A program made the position numbers and the translations under genes. From Vulcanimicrobiales bacterium (GTDB lineage Bacteria; Vulcanimicrobiota; Vulcanimicrobiia; Vulcanimicrobiales; Vulcanimicrobiaceae), in assembly GCA_038215615.1 (NCBI GenBank), contig JBBQQR010000026.1, forward strand, positions 1 through 27,871: DNA of 27,871 nt, read 5' to 3'. How positions within the stretch are numbered: the stretch's first letter is position 1; each line of letters opens with the position of its first letter. The notes beneath the pieces were generated by a model. The model searched no databases, was not told where the DNA came from, and was given only the letters and a program-made list of their open reading frames with translations. Shown piece after piece: positions 1-9,163 of the stretch.

Positions 1-639
1 GTCGTTGTTGGCGTGTTTGTCCTTTTGGAGAGTCTCGTCGAGCGGCTCGCGCTCGGCCGGACCGAGAGCATCATTCTTCAGTTAGTCGTTCCGCTCGCGC
101 TGGGTCTTTCGCTGAAACGGATCGAGCGCGGAGTCGAAGGCTTCGTCGAGCGCGTGCTCTATCGCGACAAGCTGAGCGCGGCCGAACGATTGAATGCGCT
201 CATCGATGACTTCCCTTATATGCACTCCACGGAAATGCTGATGCGACGAGTCGTTGAGGACGTGCACGAGCTGATGCGTTGCCCGGCGGCCGTGCTGTAC
301 CGTTTGGAAGACGGGAACTATTTGCCGGTAGCCGAGTCTGATGCGGCTTCTCTGCACCCGCCGATCGCGCTGGATGACGCGGCTTTCGTACGGTTGCGCT
401 CCGCGCACCGACCGATCGAAACGTCGCAATTTCGCACGGCGCTTCCCGGAGACGGCGTACTAATACCGCTCATCGTCTTCGGCAGTATTACCGGTGCGCT
501 CTATTGCCGCTACCGGGAATCACGCGAGCACTACGATCCCGACGAAATTGTCGTGCTTTCCCGTCTATCGCACGAGCTTGCCGTTGCCATCGTGTGGATG
601 GAGGGGGACAAAATCAGCGAGCGCAGCGCGAGCCGCTAA
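1..639 (+). CDS. Membrane protein with C-terminal GAF domain (5' end lies outside the window)
   Basis: Frame open from base 1. Hydrophobic segments are followed by a GAF-like region (CPAAVLYRLEDGNYLPV...GVLIPLIVFGSITGALYC...YDPDEIVVLSRLSHELAVAI). Its stop overlaps the convergent porin stop (CTAA, 636-639). Confidence 0.7.
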   Translation, partial: VVVGVFVLLESLVERLALGRTESIILQLVVPLALGLSLKRIERGVEGFVERVLYRDKLSAAERLNALIDDFPYMHSTEMLMRRVVEDVHELMRCPAAVLYRLEDGNYLPVAESDAASLHPPIALDDAAFVRLRSAHRPIETSQFRTALPGDGVLIPLIVFGSITGALYCRYRESREHYDPDEIVVLSRLSHELAVAIVWMEGDKISERSASR

Positions 640-1781
640 AACTGCGCGCCAACCTCCAGCCCGAGGCGGGTTTGGTTTGTGCGCAGTCCGCCCGGACCGA
701 ATCCCAAACCCGGGAAGACGTTGTTCGCCGTGACGTGCGACCACTCACCGCGCACGACAAAGTGCGGCGTTTTGTAGGCCGGCGTTAGCGTGAACGTCGT
801 CGCGCTGCTGCCCGGGCCGTAGCCGACCAAGTCCGAATTCAAGCTGAAATCGCGTATCGAACTGGAGTTTCCAACGGTTTCAAAGCGTCCCCCAAGTGAG
901 TAGACGCCGCTGAAGGCGTAGTTAGCTAGCAGAGCCGCGCCCAATGCACTTTGCGATCTGACGAAGCCGAGCGCGCTGGACGCCGGCGACTGCACCCACA
1001 ACGCGTACGGAAGCAATTGCAATTTTCCGATCTGCTGCGTGTACATCAGATCGTATTCACGCTTGTTGGCGATGAACGCGGTGTTGTTCGACGGCGTATT
1101 TGCATCGGGCAGGATGAAGATGAATTGCAGGCTGTTCGACGGCGTTGGGTTCCACCCGATCATGCCTTCGACCGCGCGGCGGCTGCCGGAGTAAAAGCCG
1201 TCGTTGTATTCGAGCGCGGCACTAAAATTCGCATTGGAATAGGCGACGCGGATGCCGTTGCTGACGACCGGTTCCATATTCCACACTAGACCACGCTGTA
1301 TGTTGATGTTCGCAAACGTGAAGGTGTTTTCTTGACCGAGCAGCGTCGGCAGTTTCCCCGCGCTGATCGTCCAATTCGCATTGGGAACGTACTGCACGTA
1401 GGCGTTGGGCACATACCCGAACAGATTCGTGTTGGCGAGCTGTTGGAACGTCGGATTGATCGCGGCTCCGACGACCGGAAGGTTGTAGGCGCCGGCGGTT
1501 AGGCTGAACCGTAGCGGTCCGCTCGAATGTGTGATGGTAATGAGCGCATTTGAGAGCTGGGTTCGTGAAGACAGATCCGCGCCGCTTGCCGTATCGAGCG
1601 CTCCGGTCGCGTTCGGGTTATCCGACGTAAAGGTAAAGTCGCTGACGATTCCCGAGACCGTGACCGGCGGCGAAGGCGCCGGCGAAGGCGTGGGAGGCGG
1701 TGCGGGGTCCGCGAGTGCGGGTGCGGCGCATGCGGCGGCCGCGAGCATGGCAAGAAGCGGGCGCGTCAAAAAACGAAGCAT
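636..1781 (-). CDS. Outer-membrane beta-barrel porin (BBP2/OmpL-like, DUF1597-type)
   Basis: Signal peptide MLRFLTRPLLAMLAAAACAAPALA, Pro-rich linker, alternating beta-strand pattern, ISAGKLPTLLGQE motif, and C-terminal Phe (GLEVGAQF) typical of BAM substrates. Start placed at ATG 1781 rather than 1868. Confidence 0.75.
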   Translation of the reverse strand: MLRFLTRPLLAMLAAAACAAPALADPAPPPTPSPAPSPPVTVSGIVSDFTFTSDNPNATGALDTASGADLSSRTQLSNALITITHSSGPLRFSLTAGAYNLPVVGAAINPTFQQLANTNLFGYVPNAYVQYVPNANWTISAGKLPTLLGQENTFTFANINIQRGLVWNMEPVVSNGIRVAYSNANFSAALEYNDGFYSGSRRAVEGMIGWNPTPSNSLQFIFILPDANTPSNNTAFIANKREYDLMYTQQIGKLQLLPYALWVQSPASSALGFVRSQSALGAALLANYAFSGVYSLGGRFETVGNSSSIRDFSLNSDLVGYGPGSSATTFTLTPAYKTPHFVVRGEWSHVTANNVFPGLGFGPGGLRTNQTRLGLEVGAQF

Positions 1782-3348
1782 CGTTCTGCTGTTACCGCGC
1801 CGGAAGGCTCTGACCCTGGGACTCGTGCTGCTTCTGGCAGCATGCGCCGGGGGCGCGCCGCGCGGCAACGCCGGACCGGCTCATGTGCTGCGCATAGCCG
1901 ATCTGAGCGATCCGTCCTCGCTCGATCCGCTTCTCGCGCACGATCAAGACACGATCGGGTACGACTTGCTGATCTGCCAGACGCTCGTCGGGATGGACGC
2001 GCGGAACCGGCTTACTCCCGTGCTGATCGAACGCATTCCGTCGCGCGCCAACGGCGGCATTTCCGGCGACGGCAAAACGATCGTCTACCACTTGCGCAAA
2101 GGCGTGCGCTTCGCCGATGGCGTGGAGCTCACGTCCGCCGACGTGGCTTTCACCTACCGCGCGATCATGGACTCGCGCAATCCCGTGCTTTCGCAGGACG
2201 CTTACCGGCGAATCGCCTCACTATCGGTGCCGAATCGCTACACCGTGGTCATCCGGCTCAAACGTCCCTGGAACGCCGCCGTAAGCGACCTGTTCGCGCA
2301 ATCCGACTTTGCGTTCGGTATTCTGCCGGAGCACGCGTTTAAAAGCACGGTGCTGCAGCACGCAGCTTGGGAACAGCACCCGTTCGGCAGCGGACCGTTC
2401 CGGGTCACGCAGTGGCTCCGCGGAGATCGTGTCGTGCTCGAACCAAATCCGTATTTCTCGCCCAAGCCGAAGCTGGCTCGCATCGAACTGCGGATGATTC
2501 CCGATCGCGGTTCGGCGCTGGTGGCGCTCCAAGCGCACGATGTGGACGCCGCGCCGATTCTCTCCCAATCGATCGCGCAAATCGAGCGAACGCGGGACCT
2601 GCGCGTTTTGCGCACGCCGGAGAACGCAACCGTATGGCTGACGTTGCAAACGCTGCAAGGCCCCGCTAAGGAATTGCGCGTTCGGCGCGCGATCGCGTTG
2701 GCGCTCGATGCGGCAGAGCTGCAAAAAGCCTACCAATCCGCCTATCCGAGGGCAGCGGCGTTTCTGCCGCCGGTACTGCCCTGGCACGACTCGAGGATTG
2801 GGGCCCACGTTCACGATCTGCGCGCGGCCCGCACGTTGCTAGGCGGAAGAACGATCGACGCGCTGCTGGTACTGCAGTCCGGCAACGCGGTGTGGCTGCG
2901 CATGGCGACGGTCGTTCAACGGCAGCTTGCTGCGGCGGGTCTTCGCGTTACGATCAAGACGTTCACAACGACGCTTTTTAACGCGCCGGATGGACCCATC
3001 CGCAACGCACGGTTTACGTTTGCGATCGACGGATGGCTGGGCGGCGCCGACCCCGAGCAATCGATCGTTTTCACGTGCTCGCAGGCGACCGTCAACGGTG
3101 ATAATATCTCACGCTACTGCGACCCGCGTTTCGAAGCGCTTTTTACCGATCAGCAGTCGGCCCGGAGCGCCGCGCGCAGGATGTCCGATTTTTCGGCAAT
3201 GCAGCGGCTGATTCGCCAAGCGCTGCCCGTTATTCCGATCTATTACGAAGTCTATTTTGACGGCCTGAATTCGCGTGTGCGTGGGTTCGGCCGGAACATG
3301 CTCCGGTTTCCGGTGGCGCCGGAGTTGTGGGATACGGCCGCGACGTAG
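1747..3348 (+). CDS. Peptide/nickel ABC transporter substrate-binding lipoprotein (SBP family 5)
   Basis: Lipobox LLAA-C (Cys at 1843-1845); motifs DPSSLDPLL, HLRKGVRFADGVELTSADVAFT, PFGSGPFRV. Start uncertain: ATG 1747 or CTG 1786/1789. Confidence 0.85.
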   Translation: MARSGRVKKRSIVLLLPRRKALTLGLVLLLAACAGGAPRGNAGPAHVLRIADLSDPSSLDPLLAHDQDTIGYDLLICQTLVGMDARNRLTPVLIERIPSRANGGISGDGKTIVYHLRKGVRFADGVELTSADVAFTYRAIMDSRNPVLSQDAYRRIASLSVPNRYTVVIRLKRPWNAAVSDLFAQSDFAFGILPEHAFKSTVLQHAAWEQHPFGSGPFRVTQWLRGDRVVLEPNPYFSPKPKLARIELRMIPDRGSALVALQAHDVDAAPILSQSIAQIERTRDLRVLRTPENATVWLTLQTLQGPAKELRVRRAIALALDAAELQKAYQSAYPRAAAFLPPVLPWHDSRIGAHVHDLRAARTLLGGRTIDALLVLQSGNAVWLRMATVVQRQLAAAGLRVTIKTFTTTLFNAPDGPIRNARFTFAIDGWLGGADPEQSIVFTCSQATVNGDNISRYCDPRFEALFTDQQSARSAARRMSDFSAMQRLIRQALPVIPIYYEVYFDGLNSRVRGFGRNMLRFPVAPELWDTAAT

Positions 3349-3362
3349 CGAAGGCATCGCTC

Positions 3363-4031
3363 GTGGATTTCACATTTTCGCCGCTGCTCGGCATCGGCGG
3401 AGCTGCCGTCCTGGGCGGTATTCTCGGGTTGCAGCGGCAGGCGGCGCAAAAAGCCGCCGGGTTCCGCACGCACGTGATCGTCGCGACCGCGGCTGCCGCT
3501 TTTACGGCGATGGGCGCGCACTTGCACGACACGCGCATTCCGTCCTACATCGTCGTCGGGATCGGTTTTTTGGGTGCCGGCGCGATCATCCGGCAAGGTT
3601 CGACCGCGCACGGTTTGACGACGGCGGCCAGCATTTGGATGTCGGCGGCGGTCGGTTTGCTGCTTGGCTATTCCAACGGGTTTGGGCTTGCCGCCGGTTT
3701 GGTTTCGACCGCGATCACGCTTGGCGCCCTCTCGATTTCGGATGACGTTCTCATGCGCGCGTTTCACATGCGCCGCAAGGTCGCTCTGCTCGTAACGTGC
3801 ACTCCGGGTGGAGACGTGATGAAAGCGATTGATGACGTCCTGCGATCTGAGCAGATCGCATTTGAGAGCGAGATGGTCTCAATTATTGCCGATTCGGAGA
3901 GCGACTGCGTAGAACTGCGCTATAGCGTAGCGCTGGAAATAGGGCGCCGCCTGAGTGCCGTCGCAGAACATATCAGCGCACTTTCCGGCGTGCGCCGCGT
4001 GGAGGCGAGCGAACAGTTTTTCACAGGCTAA
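3363..4031 (+). CDS. MgtC/SapB family membrane protein with C-terminal ACT-like domain
   Basis: Motifs GILGLQRQ..KAAGFRTH, VVGIGFLGAGAII and HGLTTAASIW. GTG at 3363 with GAAGG upstream. Confidence 0.9.
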   Translation: MDFTFSPLLGIGGAAVLGGILGLQRQAAQKAAGFRTHVIVATAAAAFTAMGAHLHDTRIPSYIVVGIGFLGAGAIIRQGSTAHGLTTAASIWMSAAVGLLLGYSNGFGLAAGLVSTAITLGALSISDDVLMRAFHMRRKVALLVTCTPGGDVMKAIDDVLRSEQIAFESEMVSIIADSESDCVELRYSVALEIGRRLSAVAEHISALSGVRRVEASEQFFTG

Positions 4032-4405
4032 GCGTTTGGCTCGGGATCGATGCGCGCAAGACTGCGGCACTCCATCCTGCGCGCTCCGTCGAACTCGAAC
4101 TGCCGCAGGCCGCCGCACAAGAGCGGTGCCGTTACGGCATCGAGAGCGTCCTGGGTGGCGCCGTGCGAGAAGAGCGGCCCGGAACGATCGAGGTGACGTT
4201 CGGGCTGATCGATTCGGAGCGCCTGACATGCACGATCGCTAGTGTGGACGGCGCGCGTTCGCGCGTGACGATCGAAACTCGGCGCGGGGCGCAAGCCGGC
4301 AGCCCTGCGCCTTCGCCTTGCGTCAAAGCGTTGGCGGATTACCTAGCCGGCAGAGATCGTTTCGGCCCGCATATACGGCTGCAAAACCGCCGGAATCGCA
4401 ACTGA
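4016..4405 (+). CDS. Hypothetical protein; start codon unresolved
   Basis: Frame is stop-free from 3926 to 4405. Coding-like codon bias and protein-like sequence (VFHRLSVWLGIDARKTAALHPARSVELELPQ...GIESVLGGAVREERPGTIEVTFGLIDSERLTCTI...) begin well before the first canonical start at GTG 4163. Confidence 0.55.
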   Translation, partial: VFHRLSVWLGIDARKTAALHPARSVELELPQAAAQERCRYGIESVLGGAVREERPGTIEVTFGLIDSERLTCTIASVDGARSRVTIETRRGAQAGSPAPSPCVKALADYLAGRDRFGPHIRLQNRRNRN

Positions 4406-5632
4406 GCCGTCGGGTTGCTGATAATTTTCGAGAATTGCCACGATCGTGCGCCCGATCGGTAGCCCCGAACCGTTGAGCGTGTGGACGAGCTCCGGCTTGG
4501 CTCCTGCGTCGCGGCGCAAGCGGATCGAAGAGCGGCGCGCTTGGAAATCGGTGCAGTTGGAGCACGAGCTGATCTCTTTATAGGTTCCCGTGCTCGGAAG
4601 CCACACTTCGATGTCGTAAGTTTTGGCGGCGTTGAACCCTACGTCGCCGGCGCAGAGGTTGACGGTGCGATGCGGCAGGTCCAATTCCTGGAGCAGTGCT
4701 TCGGCGTCACCTACCAGCACGTCGAGTGTCTCTTCCGATTTTTCGGGCGCGCAAAGCCAGACCAATTCGACTTTTTCAAACTGGTGCTGGCGAACGATGC
4801 CGCGCGTATCTTTGCCGGCGGCTCCGGCTTCTTTACGGAAACAGGGAGTGAAGGCGGCATACTTGCGCGGCAGCGTTTCGGCCACGAGGATCTCATCGCC
4901 ATGAAGCGCCGTCAGCGGCACTTCCGCAGTGGGAATGAGGAAAAGCCCAGCATCGTTGTCGCGGAACATGGCGTCGGCGAACTTGCTCAACTGGCCCGTC
5001 GCCGACATCGTCGCGCGCGAAACGAGCAGCGGCGGATTCACCTCGATGTAGCCTCGGTCGTGCGCGCGGTCGAGACAGAATTGTGCGATGGCGCGGGCTA
5101 ACCGAGCTCCCGGACCGACGAGAATCGAAAAGCGCGCGCCCGAGAGTTTTGCAGCGCGCGTGAAGTCCAAGACGCCCAGTCGCTCGCCCAGTTCCCAATG
5201 CGGCAGCGGTTCGAACGAAAGCTTCGGCGGTTGGCCCCAAGAGCGCAGCACGACGTTTTGCGACTCGTCGCTGCCGTCGGGAACCGATTCGTCGAGAATG
5301 TTGTGAGCTTGCGCGAGCAGCTCGTGCAGCGGCGAACTGCGTTCGTCTGGCGAGAGATCGTGGACGCGCGTTTCGAGCTCGGCGATGCGTCCGCTCAACT
5401 CGTCGAGTTGCGGACGCAATTCGCGCGCGGCCGCGGCTTTGTCGGCGGCTTTCCCGATCTCGGAGGAAAGGCGGTTTTTATCGGCTTGCGCGCTTTCCGC
5501 AGCAGTTAGCGCGGAGCGGTACTCCTCGTCCAAGCGCAGAACCTCGTCGACGAACGCAGGATCGAGTCCGCGGCGTTTTGCAGAAAGCCGCACGCGCTGC
5601 GGATCGCGACGAATGAGACCAACATCCAACAT
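4343..5632 (-). CDS. serS: Serine--tRNA ligase
   Basis: MLD start, N-terminal coiled coil, LIPTAEVPL, TPCFRKEAG, RQHQFEKVE, EISSCSNCTDFQARR, HTLNGSGL. Confidence 0.98.
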   Translation of the reverse strand: MLDVGLIRRDPQRVRLSAKRRGLDPAFVDEVLRLDEEYRSALTAAESAQADKNRLSSEIGKAADKAAAARELRPQLDELSGRIAELETRVHDLSPDERSSPLHELLAQAHNILDESVPDGSDESQNVVLRSWGQPPKLSFEPLPHWELGERLGVLDFTRAAKLSGARFSILVGPGARLARAIAQFCLDRAHDRGYIEVNPPLLVSRATMSATGQLSKFADAMFRDNDAGLFLIPTAEVPLTALHGDEILVAETLPRKYAAFTPCFRKEAGAAGKDTRGIVRQHQFEKVELVWLCAPEKSEETLDVLVGDAEALLQELDLPHRTVNLCAGDVGFNAAKTYDIEVWLPSTGTYKEISSCSNCTDFQARRSSIRLRRDAGAKPELVHTLNGSGLPIGRTIVAILENYQQPDGSVAIPAVLQPYMRAETISAG

Positions 5633-5647
5633 ATGAAGGAACGCCGC

Positions 5648-5677
5648 ATTATGCGAGGTTTGCAAAGCGACCTGCAA
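5648..5677 (-). promoter_or_regulatory. Possible sigma70-type promoter for serS lying inside the moeA 5' end
   Basis: Minus strand reads TTGCAG-N18-CATAAT, ending 15 nt before the serS ATG. Confidence 0.35.
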
Positions 5678-6892
5678 ACGATAGGGTTTCGGAACGACGC
5701 ACTGCTGGCTCCCGAACAGGCGCTGGCGCTCTTTTTTTCACGCGCTCAGTTGCGCGAGCGCACCACCGAGACCGTTCCGTTGGAAGCCGCCGCCGGCCGC
5801 GTTCTGGCGCAGCCGGTGATCGCCGATGCCGATTACCCGGCGCTCGCGCGCTCGGCGATGGACGGCTTTGCGGTGCGATCGCACGAGACGCCCGGTAGGC
5901 TGCGTATCGAAGGCGAGGTCCGCATGGGCCGGCCGTGGACGGGCGAGATTGGACTAGGAAGCGCCATCGGCATCCCGACCGGCGGCACATTGCCGCCTGG
6001 CGCGGATTGCGTCGTGCCCGTCGAGGACGTCGAGATGGCTGACGGTGCCGTCACGATTGCGCGGGCCGTCGCGGCGGGCGCCAGCGTCGTTCCGGCCGGT
6101 TCGGACATGCGCGCGGGAGAGGCGGTATTAGAAGAAGGACGGCGCATCGGAGGAGCGGAGCTTGGCGTGATCGCGGCGCTCGGAATCGCGAGCGTCTCCG
6201 TCTTCGCCGTTCCGGTTTTCGGCATCGTTAGCAGCGGCGACGAAATTGTGGATGTCCGCGCGAAGCCCGGCCCGGCGCAGATCCGCGACTCTAACCGTTG
6301 GGCGCTCGCGGCAAAACTCGCGCGGCTCGGCGCAGCCGTCAAGCACTATCCGATCGCTCCCGACGACGAAAACGGGTATGGCCGCATTCTGCACGCCGCT
6401 GTTGCGGAGTGCGACGGCGTCGTATTGAGCGGGGGATCGTCGGTCGGCCTACGCGATCTTACGCCGCGGTTGGTGGACCGCTGCGGACCTCCGGGCGTCG
6501 TCGTGCACGGGCTACGGGTCAAGCCCGGAAAGCCGACGCTGCTTGCGTCGGCGCAAGGCAAGCCGGTGATCGGCTTGCCCGGAAATCCCGCCTCGGCGCT
6601 GATGATCCTCGAAGCGGTCGCCGGGGCGATCGTCGCGCAGTGCGCCGGTGCTTTTCCGCAGCGGTCCGAAGTCGAGGCCGTGCTCGCGAGTCCGGTTCGC
6701 AAACGGCTGGGATGGACGCAGTTCGTTCCGGTGCGGCTGGAAGAAACCGCCGGAATCTGCACCGCGTTTCCTTTAGACATGCACTCCGCTTCCGTCAGCC
6801 TGCTCGCGCGCGCAAGCGGATTTCTCACTTTGGGCGAAACGGTAGAGTCCGCCGCGGCCGGCGCGACGGTGACCGCGAGGCGCTTCTTATAA
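5651..6892 (+). CDS. moeA: Molybdopterin molybdotransferase (gephyrin-like)
   Basis: SAMDGFAV, IPTGGTLP, SSGDEIV, DSN, SGGSSVG, KPGKP, LPGNP. ATG 5651 has GAAGGA upstream; ATG 5633 is an alternative start. Confidence 0.95.
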   Translation: MRGLQSDLQTIGFRNDALLAPEQALALFFSRAQLRERTTETVPLEAAAGRVLAQPVIADADYPALARSAMDGFAVRSHETPGRLRIEGEVRMGRPWTGEIGLGSAIGIPTGGTLPPGADCVVPVEDVEMADGAVTIARAVAAGASVVPAGSDMRAGEAVLEEGRRIGGAELGVIAALGIASVSVFAVPVFGIVSSGDEIVDVRAKPGPAQIRDSNRWALAAKLARLGAAVKHYPIAPDDENGYGRILHAAVAECDGVVLSGGSSVGLRDLTPRLVDRCGPPGVVVHGLRVKPGKPTLLASAQGKPVIGLPGNPASALMILEAVAGAIVAQCAGAFPQRSEVEAVLASPVRKRLGWTQFVPVRLEETAGICTAFPLDMHSASVSLLARASGFLTLGETVESAAAGATVTARRFL

Positions 6893-6900
6893 GGGGGACG

Positions 6901-8010
6901 ATGACGCAGAACGTGGAGTTTTTGGCGGCGCCGCACATTGAGGCGATTCCGCCGATGACGCCGTTCATCGGCCCCGAGCAGCTCATGCGCGACGGTGGCC
7001 ATGCCGAGCTGCTCCGGCTGGGAGCCAACGAAAGCGCCTTCGGTCCTTCACCCCGGGCGGTTGAAGCGATGAGCGCGGAACTGCCGCACATTTCGTGGTA
7101 CGGCGATCCCGAATCGTATGATTTGCGCGCGGCGCTCGCATCGCGCCACCGATGCGGAATTGAAAACATCAGCGTGGGATCGGGCATCGACGACTTGATG
7201 GGCTTGGCCGTGCGCGCGTTTGCCGCTCCGGGAGCGGTAGCCCTGACGACGCGCGGAACCTACCCGACGTTCAACTATCACGTGATGGGATTCGGCGCAA
7301 AGCTCGCGACCGTTGATTACCGGCATGACGGCATGCTCGACGTGGATGCATTGATTGAGGCCGCGAAACGACTTCGTCCCGCGATCGTCTACGTTGCCAA
7401 TCCCGACAACCCGAGCGGAACGCTCCTGCCTTCGGACGAGATCGCGCGTCTGTTTGAGGCCCTCCCGGCGGAGACGCTGCTCTTTCTGGACGAAGCGTAC
7501 GCGGACTTCGTCGGCGACGACATTCTCGTGCCCGAGATGATTCACGGCCGCCTTGTGCGCGTGCGCACATTTTCCAAGGCATACGGAATGGCCGGCGCGC
7601 GCATCGGCTACGCGATAGCTACCGCGCGCAACGTCACGACCTTTCAAAAAATCCGCCTGCACTACGGCGTGAACCGGAACGCACAGATCGGCGCGCTCGC
7701 ATCGCTGGAGGATCCCGAGTTCGAGCAGCATGTCGTGGCGGAAACTGCGCGCGGACGCGAAGACTATTACAAACTTGCCGGTTCGCTCGGGCGTCCGTAT
7801 CTGGAGTCGTGCACGAACTTCGTTTGCATCGACTTCGGCGATGCCGACGTCGCTGCGCAGCTGATGAATGCGTTGCTGGCGCGCGGTGTCTTCGTGCGCA
7901 AACCGAGCGCGCCGCCGCTGGATCGTTTCGTGCGCGTGAGTGTCGGTACGCCTGCGCAACGCGATGAATTCGCGGCGCGTGTGCGCGTTCTGTGGCGTGA
8001 GATTGCATGA
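6901..8010 (+). CDS. hisC: PLP-dependent aminotransferase class I/II, histidinol-phosphate aminotransferase family
   Basis: LGANES, YGDP, NPDNPSG, LDEAYADF, RTFSKAYGMAGARIGY (PLP lysine). SD AAGGGGG before ATG 6901. Substrate specificity not proven. Confidence 0.75.
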   Translation: MTQNVEFLAAPHIEAIPPMTPFIGPEQLMRDGGHAELLRLGANESAFGPSPRAVEAMSAELPHISWYGDPESYDLRAALASRHRCGIENISVGSGIDDLMGLAVRAFAAPGAVALTTRGTYPTFNYHVMGFGAKLATVDYRHDGMLDVDALIEAAKRLRPAIVYVANPDNPSGTLLPSDEIARLFEALPAETLLFLDEAYADFVGDDILVPEMIHGRLVRVRTFSKAYGMAGARIGYAIATARNVTTFQKIRLHYGVNRNAQIGALASLEDPEFEQHVVAETARGREDYYKLAGSLGRPYLESCTNFVCIDFGDADVAAQLMNALLARGVFVRKPSAPPLDRFVRVSVGTPAQRDEFAARVRVLWREIA

Positions 8011-8732
8011 GATACGCGATCGTCTCCGACATTCATGGGAACCTCGAATCGCTGCAGGCGGCGTTCGCGCTGGTGAAGCCGGAAGACGGCGTGCTCTGTT
8101 TGGGTGACACGGTTGGGTACGGCCCTAATCCGAACGAGTGCCTGCACCTGATTCGCGAGCGCGCGCAGGAGTGCGTGCTGGGAAATCACGAGGTTGCCGC
8201 CGTCGACAACTTCGGTGTCGAGTACTTCAATCCGGCGGCGCGCACGGCGATCGAATGGACGCAGGGCAGGATCGATCGCGAATATATCGACTGGCTCAAT
8301 GGACTGGGTTACGAAGTGCGGTTGCCCGAGTTTTTGCTCGTGCACGGAGCCCCCGTGAACTATTTCGAGTACATTTTAGACAAGCGCCAAGCGAAGGCGG
8401 CGTTCGAACGCACCGACGCGCCGCTCATTTTCGTCGGACACACGCACGTTGCGGAGTACTACTCACTGGAGCCCGGCGGGAGCATCGGACACGAACACCG
8501 CCAGCACGGCGGCGAACTCGAACTCGATCCGGCCAAGCGCTACATCATCGACGTCGGCAGCGTCGGTCAGCCGCGCGATCTGAATCCGCAGCCCTCCTTC
8601 GTTTTCTACGAACCCGAAAAAAAACGCATCGAGTGGGTGCGTTACGACTATCCGATCGCCGCAGTGCAGGAGAAGATTCGCGCCGCCGGCCTACCCGAGG
8701 TGCTCGCGCAGCGCCTGGAGCAGGGCCGGTGA
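8007..8732 (+). CDS. Calcineurin-like metallophosphoesterase
   Basis: SDIHGN, LGDTVGYG, GNHE, VHG, GHTH, GSVGQPRD. ATGA overlap with the upstream gene. Confidence 0.92.
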   Translation: MRYAIVSDIHGNLESLQAAFALVKPEDGVLCLGDTVGYGPNPNECLHLIRERAQECVLGNHEVAAVDNFGVEYFNPAARTAIEWTQGRIDREYIDWLNGLGYEVRLPEFLLVHGAPVNYFEYILDKRQAKAAFERTDAPLIFVGHTHVAEYYSLEPGGSIGHEHRQHGGELELDPAKRYIIDVGSVGQPRDLNPQPSFVFYEPEKKRIEWVRYDYPIAAVQEKIRAAGLPEVLAQRLEQGR

Positions 8733-9163
8733 GAACGGTCGATGACGGTCGTTGCTTCGCGTGCGGTCCCGAAAACCCGATCGGCATGCATTTGCGATTC
8801 GAGCGCAGCCCGGACGGCGTCCACGCGCGCGCGACGCTGGGCGAACAATTTCAAGGCTGGCGCGGAATCGCGCACGGCGGAATCGCGCTCGCGCTTCTCG
8901 ACGAGGCGATGGCGCACGCCGCCGGGTACGCCGGCTATCGCGGTGTGACCGCCAGCATGAACGCGCGCTTTCGCAAACCCGTCCCACTGGGATTGCCGAT
9001 CGACATCGAAGGCAAAATCAAGTGGATGCGCCGCAACGTGCTGGAGATCGAAGCGAGCGTGCGCGACGCCGAGGGCAGAGTGCTCGTCGAAGCTGAAGGA
9101 CGCTTCGTCGCCAAAGGGCGCGTCGAAGACGAAAACGATCGCAGAAATCCCAACTTCGCGTAA
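8729..9163 (+). CDS. PaaI family (hotdog-fold) thioesterase
   Basis: CFACGPENPIG, QGWRGIAHGG..LLDEAM, FRKPVP. GTGA overlap with the upstream gene. Confidence 0.9.
   Translation: MRTVDDGRCFACGPENPIGMHLRFERSPDGVHARATLGEQFQGWRGIAHGGIALALLDEAMAHAAGYAGYRGVTASMNARFRKPVPLGLPIDIEGKIKWMRRNVLEIEASVRDAEGRVLVEAEGRFVAKGRVEDENDRRNPNFA

Noticed and set aside
1665..1712. Short GGCGAAGGCG direct repeats
   Set aside because: They encode the porin's Pro-Ser-Pro linker and are not a CRISPR or mobile repeat.
4028..4342. Minus-strand frame continuing in-frame past the serS TAG stop (possible read-through extension or separate 88-aa ORF)
   Set aside because: It is the codon-aligned antisense shadow of the plus-strand hypothetical gene. 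The sequence is Arg-rich and not protein-like, and SerS is already complete.
6298..6900. N-terminal extensions in the ORF track (hisC from 6298; also PaaI from 8138, tilS from 9369, rsmA from 19402, GT4 from 15341 and 17839)
   Set aside because: They run through the upstream genes in another frame. Coupled or SD-supported starts exist where the family homology begins.
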